NCBI GenBank assembly: GCA_025059415.1
Contig: JANXDQ010000025.1
Span: 1-13,811, forward strand
Length of the DNA: 13,811 bases
From: Aigarchaeota archaeon
GTDB lineage: Archaea; Thermoproteota; Nitrososphaeria_A; Caldarchaeales; Wolframiiraptoraceae
Reading direction: 5' to 3'
The notes beneath the pieces are model-generated. The model made no database searches. It saw only the letters and a list, made by a program, of their open reading frames with translations, and was not told the origin of the DNA. Both the position numbers and the translations under genes were made by a program. Position 1 is the stretch's first letter. Every line of letters begins with the position of its first letter. Shown one piece after another: positions 13,427 to 13,811 of this stretch.

Positions 13427-13811
13427 ATGTCCTTCTTCATGGTCACGATTCCGAGGGAGAGGGTCGGGGTCCTGATCGGGCCGCAGGGCTCCGTGAAGAG
13501 GAGGATCGAGGAGACGCTGGGGGTGAAGCTCACGATCGACAGCGCCGAGGGATCCGTTAGGATCGAGTTGGCCAAGCCTCCCGAGGAGGGAGGAGACCCG
13601 ATAGCCCTCTTCAAGGCCAGGGACGTGGTTCAGGCGATCGGCAGGGGATTCTCGCCGGAGAAGGCCTATAGGCTATTCGAGGAGGGCGCCGTCCTGAGCA
13701 TAATCGACATAACGGAATACGTCAAGCCCAGCAGGAATAATCTCGTGAGGGTCAGGGCGAGGCTCATCGGTAGGGATGGGGCGACCAGGAGGCTCATCGA
13801 GGAGACGACGA
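13427..13811 (+). CDS. KH-domain RNA-binding protein (archaeal Dim2/Pno1 homologue), 3'-truncated by the window edge
   Basis: It is absent from the ORF track because it has no stop in the window. The ATG is preceded by GGAGGTGA (13415-13422). My translation is MSFFMVTIPRERVGVLIGPQGSVKRRIEETLGVKLTIDSAEGSVRIE...ARLIGRDGATRRLIEETT. This shows two KH-type GxxG loops (IGPQG, IGRDG), and the gene follows aIF1A-Rio1 as in other archaea. Confidence 0.85.
   Translation, partial: MSFFMVTIPRERVGVLIGPQGSVKRRIEETLGVKLTIDSAEGSVRIELAKPPEEGGDPIALFKARDVVQAIGRGFSPEKAYRLFEEGAVLSIIDITEYVKPSRNNLVRVRARLIGRDGATRRLIEETT

Noticed and set aside
13378-13614. A 78-aa minus-strand ORF at the 3' end of the window.
   Set aside because: It is antisense to the open-ended KH-domain gene, which has a perfect SD and clear KH motifs.
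1-13811. A search for CRISPR repeats, tRNAs, transposase/integrase genes, att-like direct repeats and toxin-antitoxin or defence genes.
   Set aside because: By eye I saw no regularly spaced direct repeats, no tRNA-like sequences and no ORF with recombinase, nuclease or defence motifs. The window reads as core chromosome, apart from the 9963-12181 region discussed in the findings.

Overview
This is an archaeal chromosomal window, about 52% GC. Supporting signs are TATA-box promoters about 26 nt upstream of starts, GGAGGTGA Shine-Dalgarno sites on internal genes, AGG/ATA-rich codon usage, an archaeal-type SRP RNA, aIF1A and a C/D-box sRNA. The codon usage and gene content look like a thermophilic TACK/Korarchaeota-like lineage, but the species cannot be determined from sequence alone. 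Most of the window is core housekeeping. It holds SRP (7S) RNA, a small wHTH regulator, TrpRS, methionine aminopeptidase and a membrane protein + Zn-ribbon pair of unknown function. It also holds a stand-alone 5S rRNA, a convergent transaldolase / ribulose-phosphate 3-epimerase pair and a TtuA/NcsA-type tRNA thiolation enzyme. A site-2 protease follows, overlapped at both ends by neighbouring CDSs, together with an orphan MalK-like ABC ATPase. The window ends with the conserved aIF1A-Rio1-KH(Dim2) operon, truncated at the 3' edge. The least ordinary part is 9963..12181. It contains an AT-rich 375-bp gap, a UPF0147 gene and three consecutive small HTH proteins of unrecognised family, one apparently membrane-anchored. 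It also contains a well-formed C/D-box sRNA that the ORF track cannot show. I found no CRISPR array, tRNA, transposase, integrase or recognisable defence or toxin genes. I do not see compelling evidence for a discrete novel multi-gene system. The most testable leads are the C/D sRNA, the membrane-tethered wHTH and HTH trio near the S2P protease, a 33-36 codon zinc-ribbon micro-ORF, and a roughly 60-residue insertion in the transaldolase.
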